From: Octopus sinensis
Taxonomy: Eukaryota
NCBI RefSeq assembly: GCF_006345805.1
Contig: NC_043008.1
Span: 67,890,001-67,954,000 of the forward strand
Direction of reading: 5' to 3'
DNA length: 64,000 nt
Part shown: piece by piece, positions 61,736-64,000 of the stretch
Position numbering within the stretch: the first letter of the stretch is position 1
Layout of the letters: every line of letters begins with the position of its first letter
Translations under genes and position numbers: made by a program
The notes under the pieces: model-generated
Told to the model about the DNA's origin: nothing
What the model saw: only the letters and a program-made list of their open reading frames with translations
The model's database searches: none

Positions 61736-62180
61736 CTCACGTGACCGGTGTTCGGCCAAGCCTGACCTTTCTTTCTTAGTTCGACTACCATCTGTGCAAC
61801 AGCTATATTCCTCCCTGTGCCTGTCAAATCCTATGTCCCTGCGATAAGGCTTTACTTTCACACACACCAGCTTAATTTAATTCGTCCTTAGTCGAAAAAT
61901 ACCTGTTGTTATGTCCTGTTATTTGTATTTGTGTAACATTTCTCCGTTTTTGTTTTCCGTCCTTGTTTTCGTACACATTCGCTGCTTTCTTCCAAGGAAT
62001 CTAATGCTCTTAGCTTAGTTTTTTCTTTGGGGATGGCCAGATTGGAGCAATCTCGAGCATAACCAGCCGAAATTGCAAAGATAATCCGGAACTCAACTGA
62101 GGATAGAAAACTTCGAATGACCCGTCCTTGTTCTCTTTGTATCGTCTATCTGGGTGTTTTGTTGCCCTTTTTTGTATTTT
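61520..62180 (+). mobile_element. Unclassified (probably Penelope-like) repeat, homologous to 53575-54925
   Basis: Pyrimidine tract, TCACGTGAC, then GATTGGAGCAATCTC...CCGAAATTGC...ATGACCCGTCCTTG. Confidence 0.55.
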
Positions 62181-62696
62181 ATATATACATACATACATAC
62201 ATACATATATATACATGTATATGTATATATACATACATACACATATATATGCAACAACATACGTAAACAATATTTCTGCTGTTTTCCCAGCTATATATAT
62301 ATATATATATATAATATATATAAATATATGCATATATACATACATATATGTACATACCTACATATATATGTATATAAACATGAATATATGGGTACAGGAC
62401 ATCAAAAAAACGTTGAACACAATGCGAAACGAAAACATAAAAACAAAAACATAGAAAACGAACTTAATTTCAAACAACAACAAACAAACGAACAGAGAAA
62501 CGAGACATGCAACATAAATAATATTCCCCTTCATCAGTTGTCTTGTTTCATCTACTACGCGTTCGACGGCAAGGACAATACGCGACTTCGTTGAAAAAGT
62601 ACTTCCCGCAAAGTAAATGAAATAAAATTTGGGACTTTTTGCGGAACTGAACAGTGAGAACAAGACAGTAAAAACAAACGGTGAGGGCTGATAAGT

Positions 62697-62810
62697 GAGG
62701 TCGACTTTGCCTTTCATCCTTTCGGGGTCGATAAATTAAGTCGATCTAATCGACTGCCCCCCCCCCAAAAAAAAAAAGTTCAAGCCTTGTGCCTAGAGTA
62801 GAAAAGAATT
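62697..62810 (+). mobile_element. SINE family A (B2), 5'-truncated
   Basis: GAGGTCGACTTTGCCTTTCATCCTTTCGGGGTCG...GCCTTGTGCCTAGAGTAGAAAAGAAT. Confidence 0.85.
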
Positions 62811-63035
62811 ATTGTATCATATTCTACTTGCCAATTTATACACTTATTAAATCATGCAGTAATTAAGAAATAATTCACTGATTATTGAATCATTCGCTAA
62901 TTGTTAACTCATATTCTATTTGTCAAATATCTGCCACCAGGCAACTTACTCTGTATATCAATATACATACATACGTATATATATATATATATATAGATAT
63001 ATATATATGCATGTATGTAGACAAAACATGATAGG

Positions 63036-63375
63036 TGCAGAGGTGGCTGTGTGGTAAAAAGCTTGCTTCTCAACCACTGGTCCAGGGTTCAGTCCCACTG
63101 CGTAGCACAAGTGTCTTCTGCTAAAGCCGCGGACCGATCAAATGAGTGCATTTGGTTGACGGAAACTGAAAGAAGCCTGTTGTGTGTGTGCGTGTGTGTG
63201 TGCGCGCGCGCGTGTCCTTGTGTCTGTGTTTTTCCACCATCACCATTCGACAACCGGTGCTGGAATGTTTACTTTCCTATAACTTATCGATTCGGCAAAA
63301 GATACCGATAGAATAAGTATCTTCAAGGCGGTGCCCCAGCTGCAGTCAAGTGACTGAAACAAGTAAAAGATAAAA
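63036..63375 (+). mobile_element. SINE family B with internal deletions
   Basis: GTGGCTGTGTGGTAA head through GACTGAAACAAGTAAAAGA. Confidence 0.85.
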
Positions 63376-63449
63376 TAAATTTGTGTGTGTGTGCGCGTGC
63401 GGTTACGTGTGTGTGTGCGCGCGTACGTGTGCGTGCGTGTGTGTGTATA

Positions 63450-63960
63450 CGAGGTGGTATGAAAAGAGTCCCGGACTAGTTCTGTAGCGCGCCAACAGAT
63501 GGCAGCAGACGGCTGCGTGCGTAGTGAGAGCTAGCAGTGATCTTGCTGAGGCAGTGTGCCGAGTGACATCGTTGTGTTTACTTTGCAAGTTGTGAAATTT
63601 GTGTTTTTGTGATCACGTGTATGCTTCAGTCTATCAAGATTTCCGTCAGCGTGCCAATGATGACCCATCCTTCATGTCGAGGATTATCACCGGTGACGGG
63701 AGTTGGGTCTACGGGTACAACCCTGAGACAAAGCAGCAGTCATCACAATGGAAGAGCCCTTTATCTCCACAACCAAAGAAGGCACGACACAGCCGCAGCT
63801 CAGTCAAGAGCATGCTCATCGTTCTTTTATTTATTTTTTTTTTCGACATCCGTGGTATTGTGTATCGAGAATTCATCCTCCAAACCGTCAATTGAGAATT
63901 CTACTGCGATGTTTGAAGCATTTAAGAGAGGACATTCGGCGAAGGCGACCAGATCTTGGG
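63450..63960 (+). mobile_element. Mariner deletion derivative (left TIR plus catalytic-domain fragment)
   Basis: TA-CGAGGTGGTATGAAAAG TIR; IITGDGSWVYGYNPETKQQSSQWKSP...KSMLIV..FDIRGIV (ORF 63599-63895). Confidence 0.9.
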
Positions 63961-64000
63961 TGGAGGCACACGGCCTAGTGGTTAGAGCAGCGGGATCGCG
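63961..64000 (+). mobile_element. SINE family C head, cut by the window end
   Basis: TGGAGGCACACGGCCTAGTGGTTAGAGCAGCGG. Confidence 0.7.

Noticed and set aside
53660-62130. CTGA(G/A)GA...CGAAT and GCCGAAATT...ATC motifs in the three copies of the unclassified PLE-like family
   Set aside because: All copies have GAAT rather than GAAA after the first motif and no CUGANGA before the second; stem I does not form.

Overview
Eukaryotic, AT-rich, microsatellite-dense DNA, most likely an octopus genome. The species call is an inference from the tRNA-derived SINE families and the repeat landscape. I found no convincing host protein-coding gene. Most ORF-track entries are microsatellite translations, and the recognisable ones are decayed transposon genes: three Ty3/Gypsy remnants (one nearly full length with LTRs), a full-length but disrupted Tc1, several mariner derivatives and MITEs, CR1, RTE and RLE-type LINE fragments, a Tol2-like hAT BED-finger fragment, one clear and one probable non-autonomous Helitron, many Penelope-like (PLE) fragments and about 30 SINE copies from three modular families. 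Main signals: (1) at least five, and up to eight, minimal type-I hammerhead ribozyme motifs with palindromic stem III in PLE-type termini, including a family with a non-canonical CUG(U/C)AGA core; (2) a SINE inserted as a single head+3-module multimer inside one 16-bp TSD, with a fixed module junction that recurs across the window; (3) inverted-repeat elements carrying telomeric TTAGGG tracts; (4) a 353-bp near-perfect palindrome centred on (AT)n; (5) an inverted templated insertion inside a Gypsy RNase H motif. All alignments and folds were done by eye, and coordinates of degenerate elements are approximate.
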